64,000 nucleotides of DNA, from contig JAFXEW010000035.1 in the NCBI GenBank assembly GCA_017513625.1, positions 544 to 64,543 of the forward strand, in the 5' to 3' direction. The translations under genes and the position numbers were made by a program. Under the pieces are notes generated by a model, which did no database searches, was not told the origin of the DNA, and saw nothing but the letters and a program-made list of their open reading frames with translations. Each line of letters starts with the position of its first letter. The stretch's first letter is position 1. This document shows positions 39,170-48,626 of this stretch, in pieces. The DNA comes from Lachnospiraceae bacterium (GTDB lineage: Bacteria; Bacillota; Clostridia; Lachnospirales; Lachnospiraceae).

Positions 39170-40273
39170 ATGCAGATAATCACTCAGACGCTTGAAAATT
39201 TCATTCCCGGGTATCCCATTGAGAAGCTGGCTCCCGCGGACCAGATTTTGTTTATTGACATCGAAACCACAGGTTTTACTGCCAAAACATCATTCCTCTA
39301 TCTCATAGGCTGTGCCTTTTACAAGGATAATTCATGGCAGTTAATCCAATGGTTTGCCGAGAACTATACGGAAGAAAAGGATATTCTCACCGCATTCTTT
39401 ACTCTTGCTGCAGATTATCCCTATCTGGTACATTTTAACGGCAATAATTTTGATTTACCCTTCCTGTTACAGAAATGTATCCAATTTGAACTGCCCTATG
39501 ATTTTTCTCACATGGAAGGTATTGATCTTTACAGAAGGGTATCTCCTTTTAAATTCTTTTTAAAACTGGAAAACTGCAAGCAAAAGACCATCGAACAGTT
39601 CTTGGGAATTAAAAGAGAGGATACTTTCAGCGGCGGAGAATTAATCAGTCTTTACCACGATTATGTGAAAGAGCCGGACGAAACCACAGCCGGACTGCTG
39701 CTCCTCCATAATGCCGAGGATATACAGGGCATGATGCAATGCTTGCCTATCCTGGCCTACGGAGACCTCCTTTGCACTCCTCTAAAGGTCAAAAAAGTAC
39801 AGGCTAATTCCTATCGGAATATAAATGGCGAAAAGTGTAAGGAATTATATATGTACGTAGTTCCTCCGGTAGCGCTTCCCGTGCCCATAAGTTATACTTC
39901 AAATGACTGTTATTTCAAGGGTGAGCAGGATCTTATCACATTGAAAGTGCCCCTTATAGAAGCAGAGATGAAATATTTCTATGCCAACTACAAAGATTAT
40001 TATTATCTGCCTGCAGAGGATGTAGCATTACACAAATCCGTTGCTTCCTTCGTAGAAAAGGAACATCGCCAGCAGGCAACCGCACATAATTGCTATACAC
40101 GTAAGCAATCCGAGTATCTCCCTCAATGGGACCGCCTGTTCTCTCCCCTTTTCACAAAGGATTATGACAGCAAAGAATATTATTTTGAATTGACGGATGA
40201 AATGAAAAAAGACCGTCAGGCATTTAATCAATACGCCCAGCATGTTCTATGCATGATGGTCGAAAACTATTAA
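39170..40273 (+). CDS. YprB/RNase H-like DEDD 3'-5' exonuclease domain protein
   Basis: FIDIETTG, HFNGNNFDLPFL, IDLY, HNAED; GGAGG before ATG 39170. Confidence 0.8.
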   Translation: MQIITQTLENFIPGYPIEKLAPADQILFIDIETTGFTAKTSFLYLIGCAFYKDNSWQLIQWFAENYTEEKDILTAFFTLAADYPYLVHFNGNNFDLPFLLQKCIQFELPYDFSHMEGIDLYRRVSPFKFFLKLENCKQKTIEQFLGIKREDTFSGGELISLYHDYVKEPDETTAGLLLLHNAEDIQGMMQCLPILAYGDLLCTPLKVKKVQANSYRNINGEKCKELYMYVVPPVALPVPISYTSNDCYFKGEQDLITLKVPLIEAEMKYFYANYKDYYYLPAEDVALHKSVASFVEKEHRQQATAHNCYTRKQSEYLPQWDRLFSPLFTKDYDSKEYYFELTDEMKKDRQAFNQYAQHVLCMMVENY

Positions 40274-40308
40274 ACATTAAACCACCTGACTATTGTAAGA
40301 TTAATAAA

Positions 40309-40336
40309 ATAAAAGGACGCATATGCGTCCTTTTAT
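40309..40336. terminator. Bidirectional terminator
   Basis: Perfect palindrome ATAAAAGGACGCATATGCGTCCTTTTAT between convergent genes. Confidence 0.8.
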
Positions 40337-40343
40337 AATGTCT

Positions 40344-41120
40344 TTACGGTTTCTGATAGAAAAAAGAACTTTTTCTGAGATAACCGATTTCTTTATAATT
40401 CATAATCTGTTCTGTACTACCGATAAAAAGAATGCCATCCTTACTCAAATGCTTATAAAACTTTCTGAACACATCATCCTTGGCTTCTTCCGTAAAGTAT
40501 ATCAAAACATTTCTGCAAACAATCAGATTACAATCAGTAGGATAAGCATCCTTTATCAGATTATGTTCCCTGAACTCTACCCTTGCCTTTATCTGATCCG
40601 AAATCTTATAAGAAGGACCTACCTTCGTAAAGAATTTACGCTTCAAATCTTCCGGCACGCCTGCAATACTCTTTTCGCTGTATAACCCCACCTTAGCTTT
40701 AGCTATAACCTGTTTATCGAGATCTGTAGCCAAAACCTTTATCTGGGTCAAAGGCAAATGTCTGGAAAGTGCCATCACCAAAGAATAAGGCTCATCACCT
40801 GTGGAACAGGCCGCACTCCATATTTTCAGATTAGGACCAAAACGCTTAATTAATTCGGGAAAAACTGTACCTTCCAGTATCTTCCACTGGTCCGGGTTGC
40901 GATAAAACTCGGAAACATTAATCGTAATATAATTTACGAACTCTTCAAACTTCTCGGTCTCAGTTCTAAGAGCCCGTATATAACTGTCATAGCCTGTGAT
41001 TCTATGTTTTGCAATCAGAGTGTCTATCCTTCTCTTCATTTGCTTTTCTTTGTAAGCATTTAAATCGATGGACGTGAGTGCTAATATCTCTTTTTTGAAA
41101 TATTCATAATCATAAGCCAT
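40344..41120 (-). CDS. cheR: Chemotaxis methyltransferase
   Basis: ITINVSEFYR, IWSAACSTGDEPYS, CRNVLIYF. Confidence 0.92.
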   Translation of the reverse strand: MAYDYEYFKKEILALTSIDLNAYKEKQMKRRIDTLIAKHRITGYDSYIRALRTETEKFEEFVNYITINVSEFYRNPDQWKILEGTVFPELIKRFGPNLKIWSAACSTGDEPYSLVMALSRHLPLTQIKVLATDLDKQVIAKAKVGLYSEKSIAGVPEDLKRKFFTKVGPSYKISDQIKARVEFREHNLIKDAYPTDCNLIVCRNVLIYFTEEAKDDVFRKFYKHLSKDGILFIGSTEQIMNYKEIGYLRKSSFFYQKP

Positions 41121-41156
41121 GAAATCACCGCCTGTAATTATTTTCTTTAGTAAAAA

Positions 41157-42308
41157 TTATTCCTCAGCTTCTTCTTCCTGAGCTGCAATTACTGCATCGA
41201 TATCAACGGATACTACTTCAGAATCCTCTTCTTCCTTTGCTTCAGGAGCAGGTTCGGGAGCAAACATAGCCTTAACGCTGAGGGAAATCTTATTATTATC
41301 CTCGTTGAAGTCTACTACCTTTGCAGTTACTTCATCACCAACAGCCAGTACATCAGCGGGCTTTTCGACATGTTCCTTGGAAATCTGGGAAACATGAAGT
41401 AATGCATCTACACCGGGCTCTAACTCAACAAATGCACCGAAGTCAGTCATTCTTGCAACAACGCCGGTTACAACATTACCAACTGCATATTTCTTTGCTG
41501 CATCCCTCCAAGGATTTGCATCATCAAACTTTAAAGATAAATGAATCTTACCTTCATTAATGTCTTTAATCAGTACGTTTAATTTATCTCCAACCTTGAA
41601 GGTCTTCTTGGGATCTTCTACTCTGCCCCATGACATCTGAGAAATATGAAGCAGACCGTCAGCACCGCCCAAATCGATGAATGCGCCGAAGTTGGTAACA
41701 TTCTTTACAGTACCTTCCACGATATCGCCTACATTAATCTTTTCGAAGAGTTCCTTCTGCATCTCAGCCTTCTTTTCAGCAATCAGCTGACGACGGTCGC
41801 CGATGTATCTTCTTCTCTTGGGATTGTACTCGCTGATAACGAATTCGATTTCCTGACCTGCGTACTTGGACAAATCCTTTTCGTAAGTATCGGAAACCAG
41901 ACTTGCAGGGATGAAGATACGAACTTCTTCCACTACAACACTTAAACCACCATCCAGTACCTGGTTAACGGTTGCTTTAAGCACTTCTTTGTTGTTGAAA
42001 GCTTCTTCAATTCTCTTATTTCCTCTGTCAGCAGCCAGACGCTTATAAGTCAGAACCACCTGACCTTCACCGTCGTTAACCTTCAGAATCTTTACTTCCA
42101 TGGTATCGCCAACCTTCAAAACAGTGGTCAAATCAACACTGTTATCGTTGGTGTATTCATTTCTAGTAAGAATACCGTCAGACTTGTAACCGATATTAAG
42201 AACTGCTTCATCGGGCTTAACATCGATAACCGTACCACTAACTACCTCTCCTGTATGAATTGTTTTCAATGAATCTTCCAGCATTTGTTCAAAAGTTAAT
42301 TCTGACAT
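41157..42308 (-). CDS. rpsA: Ribosomal protein S1 (four S1 domains, Firmicutes type)
   Basis: Repeated FGAF.DL/EL..LLH.SQ S1 motifs; own GGAGG RBS. Confidence 0.9.
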   Translation of the reverse strand: MSELTFEQMLEDSLKTIHTGEVVSGTVIDVKPDEAVLNIGYKSDGILTRNEYTNDNSVDLTTVLKVGDTMEVKILKVNDGEGQVVLTYKRLAADRGNKRIEEAFNNKEVLKATVNQVLDGGLSVVVEEVRIFIPASLVSDTYEKDLSKYAGQEIEFVISEYNPKRRRYIGDRRQLIAEKKAEMQKELFEKINVGDIVEGTVKNVTNFGAFIDLGGADGLLHISQMSWGRVEDPKKTFKVGDKLNVLIKDINEGKIHLSLKFDDANPWRDAAKKYAVGNVVTGVVARMTDFGAFVELEPGVDALLHVSQISKEHVEKPADVLAVGDEVTAKVVDFNEDNNKISLSVKAMFAPEPAPEAKEEEDSEVVSVDIDAVIAAQEEEAEE

Positions 42309-43173
42309 AATTTTGAACCTCCTCTATTAATTTATTTGGGGTGGAAGCCCCGGCTGTAATTCCCACCAGAGTAGCAGCTTTAGGTATCTCTAAATGCAAG
42401 TCTTCCAGTGTTTGTATATAATAGGTATTTGCACATTCCGCTTTACAAATCTCGTACAGTTTTCGGGTATTGGAGCTGTGCTTACCTCCTATAACAATCA
42501 TTACATCTGCCTTGCGTGCCAGATTCTGTGCGGATTTCTGCCTTTCCTCCGTCGCATTGCATATGGTATTCATAATATTAATATTGTAACCTTTTTTCTG
42601 AAAAATTTCAACTATATCTTGAAATTTGTTGTAATTAAATGTCGTCTGTGAAACGATACAGATTTCAAACATATCAGGGCTTTTTCCGGCCTTTTGGATT
42701 TCGTCATCAAAAGATTTACATAATCGCTCTACTTCCTCAGCTGTTTCCACCGCACAAACCGGTCCCCGGCACCAGCCCTTAATGCCTTCCACTTCAGGAT
42801 GACTGTCATTCCCGACTACTACCACATATTTCCCTTCCGCAGAAGCCTTATCCACGATATTATGAATTCTCTTTACAAAAGGACAGGTGGCATCTATGCA
42901 TTCAAGCCCTGCATCTTCAAGATCTTGTTGCACTTCACGAGAAATTCCGTGAGCACGGATAATCACACTCCCCCGCTTCACCTCACGGGTCTGATCTGTA
43001 TTTTCCAACACACAGACTCCTTTTTCTTCCAGTTCCCTGACCACTTCTTCATTATGCACAATGGGACCGTAAGTATATATGATCTTATCTCTGTTTAACT
43101 GTTCATACACCGTATCCACGGCACGTTTCACACCAAAGCAAAAGCCTGCGCACTCCGCCAACTTTACTTCCAT
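42289..43173 (-). CDS. ispH: 4-hydroxy-3-methylbut-2-enyl diphosphate reductase
   Basis: AGFCFGVKRA, IVHN, RAHG, DATCPFV, TICNAT..RQ, SSNT, GITAGASTP. Confidence 0.95.
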   Translation of the reverse strand: MEVKLAECAGFCFGVKRAVDTVYEQLNRDKIIYTYGPIVHNEEVVRELEEKGVCVLENTDQTREVKRGSVIIRAHGISREVQQDLEDAGLECIDATCPFVKRIHNIVDKASAEGKYVVVVGNDSHPEVEGIKGWCRGPVCAVETAEEVERLCKSFDDEIQKAGKSPDMFEICIVSQTTFNYNKFQDIVEIFQKKGYNINIMNTICNATEERQKSAQNLARKADVMIVIGGKHSSNTRKLYEICKAECANTYYIQTLEDLHLEIPKAATLVGITAGASTPNKLIEEVQNYVRINF

Positions 43174-43262
43174 AACATTACTCCTTATACCATTATAAAA
43201 TACATACACCCGATGTCAGGTAAAGACCGCCGCATACGTTTAAAGCATTTACGTATACAATA

Positions 43263-43922
43263 TTAAATTTTACAATATCCCATAATGGTGTCGGCAACTT
43301 CTTCTATAGACATATAAGAGGTATCCACTAAAATAGCGTCTTCTGCCTGCCTGAGGGGCGAATGGGCACGGTTCATATCTCTGTAATCGCGTTCTTCTAT
43401 ATCCAGACGAATTTGTTCCAGGTTACACTCCACACCTTTTGCAGTCAGTTCATCGAAGCGTCGCTTTGCACGTACCTGACTGCTGGCAGTAAGATATATT
43501 TTCAGGTCTGCTCCGGGCAATACACAGGTACCTATATCCCGTCCGTCCATTACGCAGTCCTTTTTAGTTGCGAGCTCTTTTTGAAGCTCTACCAATTTTT
43601 CACGGACAGCCGGCTGTACGGATGTCTTAGACGCCATATTACCCACTTCTTCCGTACGAAGCAGGCCGCTCACATTCTCTCCGTTTAAGTATACCACCTG
43701 CATTCCGTCTTCATACTCAATGGAAATCTCTGCTTCCCTGCACTTAGCAGAAATGCCTTCTACATCATCCTCAGCCACACCGTTTCTAAGCAAATAAAGT
43801 GCCATAGCTCGATACATTGCCCCGGTGTCCACATATATTAAACTCATCTTTTTTGCAATCATTTTTGCAATGGTGCTTTTACCTGCACCTGCAGGTCCGT
43901 CAATTGCTATATTATACGCCAT
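43263..43922 (-). CDS. cmk: Cytidylate kinase
   Basis: IAIDGPAGAGKST, DTGAMYRA, MDGRDIG. Confidence 0.95.
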   Translation of the reverse strand: MAYNIAIDGPAGAGKSTIAKMIAKKMSLIYVDTGAMYRAMALYLLRNGVAEDDVEGISAKCREAEISIEYEDGMQVVYLNGENVSGLLRTEEVGNMASKTSVQPAVREKLVELQKELATKKDCVMDGRDIGTCVLPGADLKIYLTASSQVRAKRRFDELTAKGVECNLEQIRLDIEERDYRDMNRAHSPLRQAEDAILVDTSYMSIEEVADTIMGYCKI

Positions 43923-43942
43923 AACACACTCTCCTTTATTCA

Positions 43943-45223
43943 CTAAGCATTCTGTCCTGCCAGATATCCTGTGGACCAGGCAATCTGCAGATTAAATCCT
44001 CCTGTCATTGCATCCAGATCAAGCACCTCTCCTGCAAAAAACAATCTGTTTACTTTCTTTGACTCCATTGTGGACGGATTCACATCCTTTACGGACACAC
44101 CACCCTGGGTAATAATCGCTTCAGCAAAGCTTCGTGCTTCTGTTACCCTCAGAGGTAGTTTTTTAATCAGTTCGGCAAATCCCTGTCTCTCCGCCTTCGA
44201 TATTTCATTCACTTTCTTTTCCGGATGTATACCGGATAATGTCACCATAACCGGAATCAGTTTCGCAGGAAAAAGTCCACCCAGGGCATTTTTAAACTGC
44301 TTGTTTTTATTTTCTTCAAAGTCCCTCAGCAGACGTTTATCCAATTGCTGCATATCCAGTGCCGGCTTCAAGTCAATATATACATATGCCGGCTCCTGCC
44401 CCTTATCTTTATACTTTACATAATAACTGCTGGCACTGAGCACTAAAGGTCCGGTAATACCGAAATGTGTAAACAGCATCTCCCCGAAACCGGTGTATAG
44501 CTCTTTTTTACCCTTCACAAGAGTCAGTGATACATTCCGAAGTGATAATCCCATCAAATTCCTGCACCACTCTTCACAGCAATTAAGCGGTACCAAAGCG
44601 GGGGTAGGTTCCACCACACGGTGACCCGTATCCTCTGCCATTCGGTAGCCTGAGCCATCAGAACCTGTTGTAGGATAAGACTTACCACCGGTACAGACTA
44701 TCACTGAATCAGCCTGAAGCCTTTTACCGTCAGCAAGCATTACTCCGCAGACTCTTTTATCTGCCTTTTTGCCGGCTTTTCCCTCTTGAGTCTGTACTTC
44801 ATTCTCCGTTTCCGTAAGTATCTCTTCTACAATCGTCCGATATATGATTTTAATATTTCGCTTACTTATCTCTCTTAAAAAAGCACTGATTACATCCGAA
44901 GAATGATCCGAAACAGGAAACACCCTGTCTCCCCGCTCTATTTTAAGACGGCATCCTGCCTTCTCCAAAAAATCCATTATCGCCTTATTGTCAAAGGTAT
45001 AGAACGCACTGTACAAAAACTTTTCGTTGGTGCACACATTGGCAAACAAATCCTCCGTATCACAGGCATTGGTCACATTACAACGGCCTTTACCCGTGAT
45101 AAAAAGCTTTTTACCTGCTTTTTCATTTTTTTCTATTAAAGTTACCTCTGCACCGCTGTCAGCTGCGGCGATGGCAGCCATCATTCCTGCCGCTCCCGCA
45201 CCGATTACTATCACATGTTTCAT
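43943..45223 (-). CDS. HI0933/BaiN family flavoprotein
   Basis: GAGAAG, TGKGRCNVTN, GEMLFTHFG, TQGGV, GGFNLQIAW. Confidence 0.9.
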   Translation of the reverse strand: MKHVIVIGAGAAGMMAAIAAADSGAEVTLIEKNEKAGKKLFITGKGRCNVTNACDTEDLFANVCTNEKFLYSAFYTFDNKAIMDFLEKAGCRLKIERGDRVFPVSDHSSDVISAFLREISKRNIKIIYRTIVEEILTETENEVQTQEGKAGKKADKRVCGVMLADGKRLQADSVIVCTGGKSYPTTGSDGSGYRMAEDTGHRVVEPTPALVPLNCCEEWCRNLMGLSLRNVSLTLVKGKKELYTGFGEMLFTHFGITGPLVLSASSYYVKYKDKGQEPAYVYIDLKPALDMQQLDKRLLRDFEENKNKQFKNALGGLFPAKLIPVMVTLSGIHPEKKVNEISKAERQGFAELIKKLPLRVTEARSFAEAIITQGGVSVKDVNPSTMESKKVNRLFFAGEVLDLDAMTGGFNLQIAWSTGYLAGQNA

Positions 45224-46147
45224 TTAATCCTCATCCTTTCTCAGAGAATAATCAAGGATGGGCTCGTCATCTATAAAATTAATCTCATCATTCAGATAAA
45301 CCTGATAATTATTCCAGGTTTCTTCCAACATTTCCAGATTCCGGCGCACTTCTTCGGGAGATCTGAGGCACAGCGCCACTACCAGTGCATTAATCACACT
45401 CAATGGTGCCACCAGGGAGTCCACGATGGATACCATGTCGCTCCTTGCAAGCAGATTACAGGATGAATATAAATTCATGGGCGAGTGAATGGAATCTGTT
45501 ACTGCAATCACCTTAGCATTTCTGTCATTGGCAAACTCCATAGCCTTTAAAGTACGCATGGAATATCTGGGAAAACTGATTCCCACAAAGCAATCCTTCT
45601 CACCTATACGAATCATCTGCTCAAAGGTCTCACTGATACTTGTAGTGTTTATAAGCACTACTTTTTCGCGAATCATATTTAGGTAGAAATGTAAAAAAGC
45701 CGCCAGCGGTTCATTGCTTCGGAGCCCCATAATATATACGGTATCCGCTTCCAACAGTGTATTCACTGCTGTTTCAAAGGATGCAACATCCAGATTCTGA
45801 ATAGTATCTTCTATCTTTTCAATATCTGCATTCAGTACAGAATTAATTATTTCCGACTGAGAACTTTTGCCGTACTTAGCACCAATTCTCTGCACACCGT
45901 TGAGTTTGTTACGGACGCACTCTTCCAGTTTCTTTTGAAACTGGGGATAGCCCGCATATCCCATAGCAGAAGCAAATCTCACTACAGTTGATTCACTGAT
46001 TCCTACTGCTTCTCCTAATTTCGCCGCAGTCATAAACACAGCCTGGTCATAATTATCCAAAATATAACCTGCTATAGCTTTATGACTTTTACTCATTTTG
46101 GGATATCCCTCTTTTATGCGAACCAAAACATCCGCCTTTTGTTCCAT
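45224..46147 (-). CDS. RpiR/MurR family regulator
   Basis: HTH (SESTVVRFA) plus SIS domain (ISFPRYS). Confidence 0.9.
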   Translation of the reverse strand: MEQKADVLVRIKEGYPKMSKSHKAIAGYILDNYDQAVFMTAAKLGEAVGISESTVVRFASAMGYAGYPQFQKKLEECVRNKLNGVQRIGAKYGKSSQSEIINSVLNADIEKIEDTIQNLDVASFETAVNTLLEADTVYIMGLRSNEPLAAFLHFYLNMIREKVVLINTTSISETFEQMIRIGEKDCFVGISFPRYSMRTLKAMEFANDRNAKVIAVTDSIHSPMNLYSSCNLLARSDMVSIVDSLVAPLSVINALVVALCLRSPEEVRRNLEMLEETWNNYQVYLNDEINFIDDEPILDYSLRKDED

Positions 46148-46171
46148 CTATCCTATTCCTCCGTATTTAAA

Positions 46172-46726
46172 CTAAACCCTTCCGGCAAAATCATTATAAG
46201 AACGCTCCAGCAGGTCCAAGGTCTCTGCATCGGACAAATCAAAGTCACCGCTAAGTGACATACATGCTGCACCGTGAATAAATATCCACATTTTCATAAA
46301 AAGAAGGCTTGGATTGGTACATCCCATGGCGGCAGCCTTGTTGATTTCCGTTACTACCATCCCTTTCTTTCCGTTCAAAAGTTCATACATGCTTTTTTTT
46401 GCTGCATTTTCAGTAAGAAACAACAATCGGAACAGATGCTTTTCCTGTCTTGCAAATGATATGTATGCCATACCCAGATTAGAAAAAGGGGCTGTCCCCT
46501 GTCCGGCAAACTGTTCATAATACTCATGGAAATAGTCTACCCCACGCAGATAAATTGCATTCCACAACTCATCCATATTCTTATACACACGGAAAATGGG
46601 CTGTGTGGAGCATCCTGCCTTTGCCGCCACTTTTCTGGCTGTAACTGTATGAAATCCGTCTTCCCTGGTCATTTCAAATGCAGTATCCAAAATCATCTGA
46701 ATGGTTATAGATTCTTTCCTTGCCAT
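46172..46726 (-). CDS. TetR family regulator
   Basis: N-terminal HTH TARKVA..GCSTQPIF; C-terminal W.FIHG. Confidence 0.85.
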   Translation of the reverse strand: MARKESITIQMILDTAFEMTREDGFHTVTARKVAAKAGCSTQPIFRVYKNMDELWNAIYLRGVDYFHEYYEQFAGQGTAPFSNLGMAYISFARQEKHLFRLLFLTENAAKKSMYELLNGKKGMVVTEINKAAAMGCTNPSLLFMKMWIFIHGAACMSLSGDFDLSDAETLDLLERSYNDFAGRV

Positions 46727-46745
46727 TTATAAACCTCCCAATCAT

Positions 46746-46799
46746 ATAACAACCGTTATTTTACATATTCATTCTACTTAGCATACCATTTATTGTCAA
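46746..46799 (-). promoter_or_regulatory. tetR promoter with palindromic operator
   Basis: TTGACA-N17-TAGAAT; ATAAC-N4-GTTAT at 46746-46759, between the -10 and the RBS. Confidence 0.65.
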
Positions 46800-46883
46800 T
46801 ATGTATTTAGTACTCTCATGGTTCAAAAAAAAACATCGAGTACACATTTTATTCATTGTTTGTAAAATATGGAACCTTTATCA

Positions 46884-46922
46884 AAAAAAAGCACTATGCA
46901 GTAAAAAAACGCATAGTGCTTT
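46884..46922 (-). terminator. Terminator after the OadA-like gene
   Basis: AAAGCACTATGC/GCATAGTGCTTT arms with a T-run. Confidence 0.75.
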
Positions 46923-46937
46923 AAAATATTTATCTAA

Positions 46938-48365
46938 TTATACAGGATATGCTCCGTTTTTACCGTCTGCAACGGTCATATCAACCTTTTCCTGCTGTGC
47001 CTGACGATACTTGAAGTAATCGGTAGCAACCTGAGGGAACAATGCATAAGACAATACGTCCTCATCCTGCTGCTTCCATTCCTTCATTTCGCTTTCAAGC
47101 TTATCCAGCTCGTTAGGAATGGTATCTGCAAAACGACAGGTAATTCTCTCCTCACCGGGGATAACCTTGTCGATAACTTCCTGACTCATAGGCTTTACGG
47201 TCTGACCGTATTCACCACGCAGAACTGCCTTTGTTTCCTTAGTAGCCATTTTGTATCTCTCGCCCAAAAGAACATTGAATACAGCCTGTGTACCAACAAT
47301 CTGGGAAGAAGGAGTAACCAAAGGAGGCTCACCAAGGTCCTTACGAACCTCAGGAATTTCCTTTAATACATCATAATACTTATCTTCTGCGTTCTGCTCC
47401 TTCAACTGGCTAACCATGTTGGAAAGCATACCGCCGGGCACCTGGTAAAGTAAGGTCTTGATATCAACACCCATTACCTTAGGATTCAGCAGACCGCTTG
47501 CCAGACACTCATCTCTGTAAGGTCTGAAGTAATCAGCGATTTCAGCCAATAAGTTCTGGTCAAACCCGGTATCATACTCTGTTCCCTTAAAGGTTTCAAC
47601 CATAACTTCGGTTGCAGGCTGAGAAGTACCCAGTGCAAAAGGACTCATAGCGGTATCGATAACATCAACACCTGCTTCAACTGCCTTCAGATAGGTCATA
47701 CTTGCAACACCGGAAGTATAGTGGGTATGCAGCTGGATGGGAAGCTTGGTCTGGCTCTTCATAGCAGAAACCAGTTCAGTAGCCTTATAAGGAACTAACA
47801 GACCTGCCATATCCTTGATACAGATGGAATCTGCACCCATCTCTTCAATCTTCTTTGCCATATCTGCCCAGTATTCCAGGGTGTATGCATCGCCCAGTGT
47901 ATATGAAAGAGCGATCTGTGCATGACCTCTGCCTTCCTGTGCCTTGAACTTGTTGGTCGCATCTACGGTTGCCTGTAAGTTACGAAGGTCATTTAAGCAG
48001 TCAAAAATACGAATGATATCAATGCCATTGGATATGGACTTCTGTACGAAGTACTCTACCACGTCATCTGCATAAGGTCTGTAACCCAGAATATTCTGGC
48101 CACGGAATAACATCTGCAGCTTTGTGTTCTTAAATCCGTCACGGATCTTTCTAAGTCTGTCCCAGGGATCTTCCTTCAGGAATCTTAAGGAAGCATCAAA
48201 GGTCGCACCACCCCAGCACTCTACGGAATGATATCCGACTTTATCCATCTTCTCTAAAATAGGAAGCATAAAATCGGTAGGCATTCTGGTTGCAATCAGA
48301 GACTGATGAGCGTCACGTAAAATTGTTTCCGTAATTTTAATCGGTTTCTTTACTTGTTCTGACAT
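46938..48365 (-). CDS. oadA: Pyruvate/oxaloacetate carboxyltransferase (OadA / transcarboxylase 5S-like, no biotin domain)
   Basis: LRDAHQSL.ATRM, ECWGGATFD, IKDMAG, HTH, QVPGGM.SN, VTPSSQIVG. Confidence 0.85.
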   Translation of the reverse strand: MSEQVKKPIKITETILRDAHQSLIATRMPTDFMLPILEKMDKVGYHSVECWGGATFDASLRFLKEDPWDRLRKIRDGFKNTKLQMLFRGQNILGYRPYADDVVEYFVQKSISNGIDIIRIFDCLNDLRNLQATVDATNKFKAQEGRGHAQIALSYTLGDAYTLEYWADMAKKIEEMGADSICIKDMAGLLVPYKATELVSAMKSQTKLPIQLHTHYTSGVASMTYLKAVEAGVDVIDTAMSPFALGTSQPATEVMVETFKGTEYDTGFDQNLLAEIADYFRPYRDECLASGLLNPKVMGVDIKTLLYQVPGGMLSNMVSQLKEQNAEDKYYDVLKEIPEVRKDLGEPPLVTPSSQIVGTQAVFNVLLGERYKMATKETKAVLRGEYGQTVKPMSQEVIDKVIPGEERITCRFADTIPNELDKLESEMKEWKQQDEDVLSYALFPQVATDYFKYRQAQQEKVDMTVADGKNGAYPV

Positions 48366-48420
48366 TTACGAATTTCCTCCAAATTAGTTTTTCAAAATAA
48401 ATATAAGCGGGTTCATACAC

Positions 48421-48626
48421 ACAAAACCCGATGGGTTTTAAGCTGTGCGCCAAACAAAACCCTGGCGTTTTTAAGCTGTGCATTCATAAACCTCACGATG
48501 CCCCGCAGGGGCATCCCTGAGGTTTATTTCATCGCGCTATGCGCTCTATACATCCCATCCCAAGCACGCGTCTGCTCGTGCAAGCACGGCATCCGCGGCT
48601 TTGGCTGGGATGTGCACAGCTTAAAA
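48421..48626. repeat. Structured intergenic element with 14-bp terminal inverted repeats and a duplicated left end
   Basis: TTTTAAGCTGTGCA (48469-48482) / TGCACAGCTTAAAA (48613-48626) enclose three GC-rich hairpins; ACAAAACCC...TTTTAAGCTGTGC occurs twice in tandem. Confidence 0.75.

Noticed and set aside
48421-48481. Tandem ~28-bp repeats as a CRISPR remnant
   Set aside because: There are only two imperfect copies, the spacer is 5 bp and no cas genes are present.
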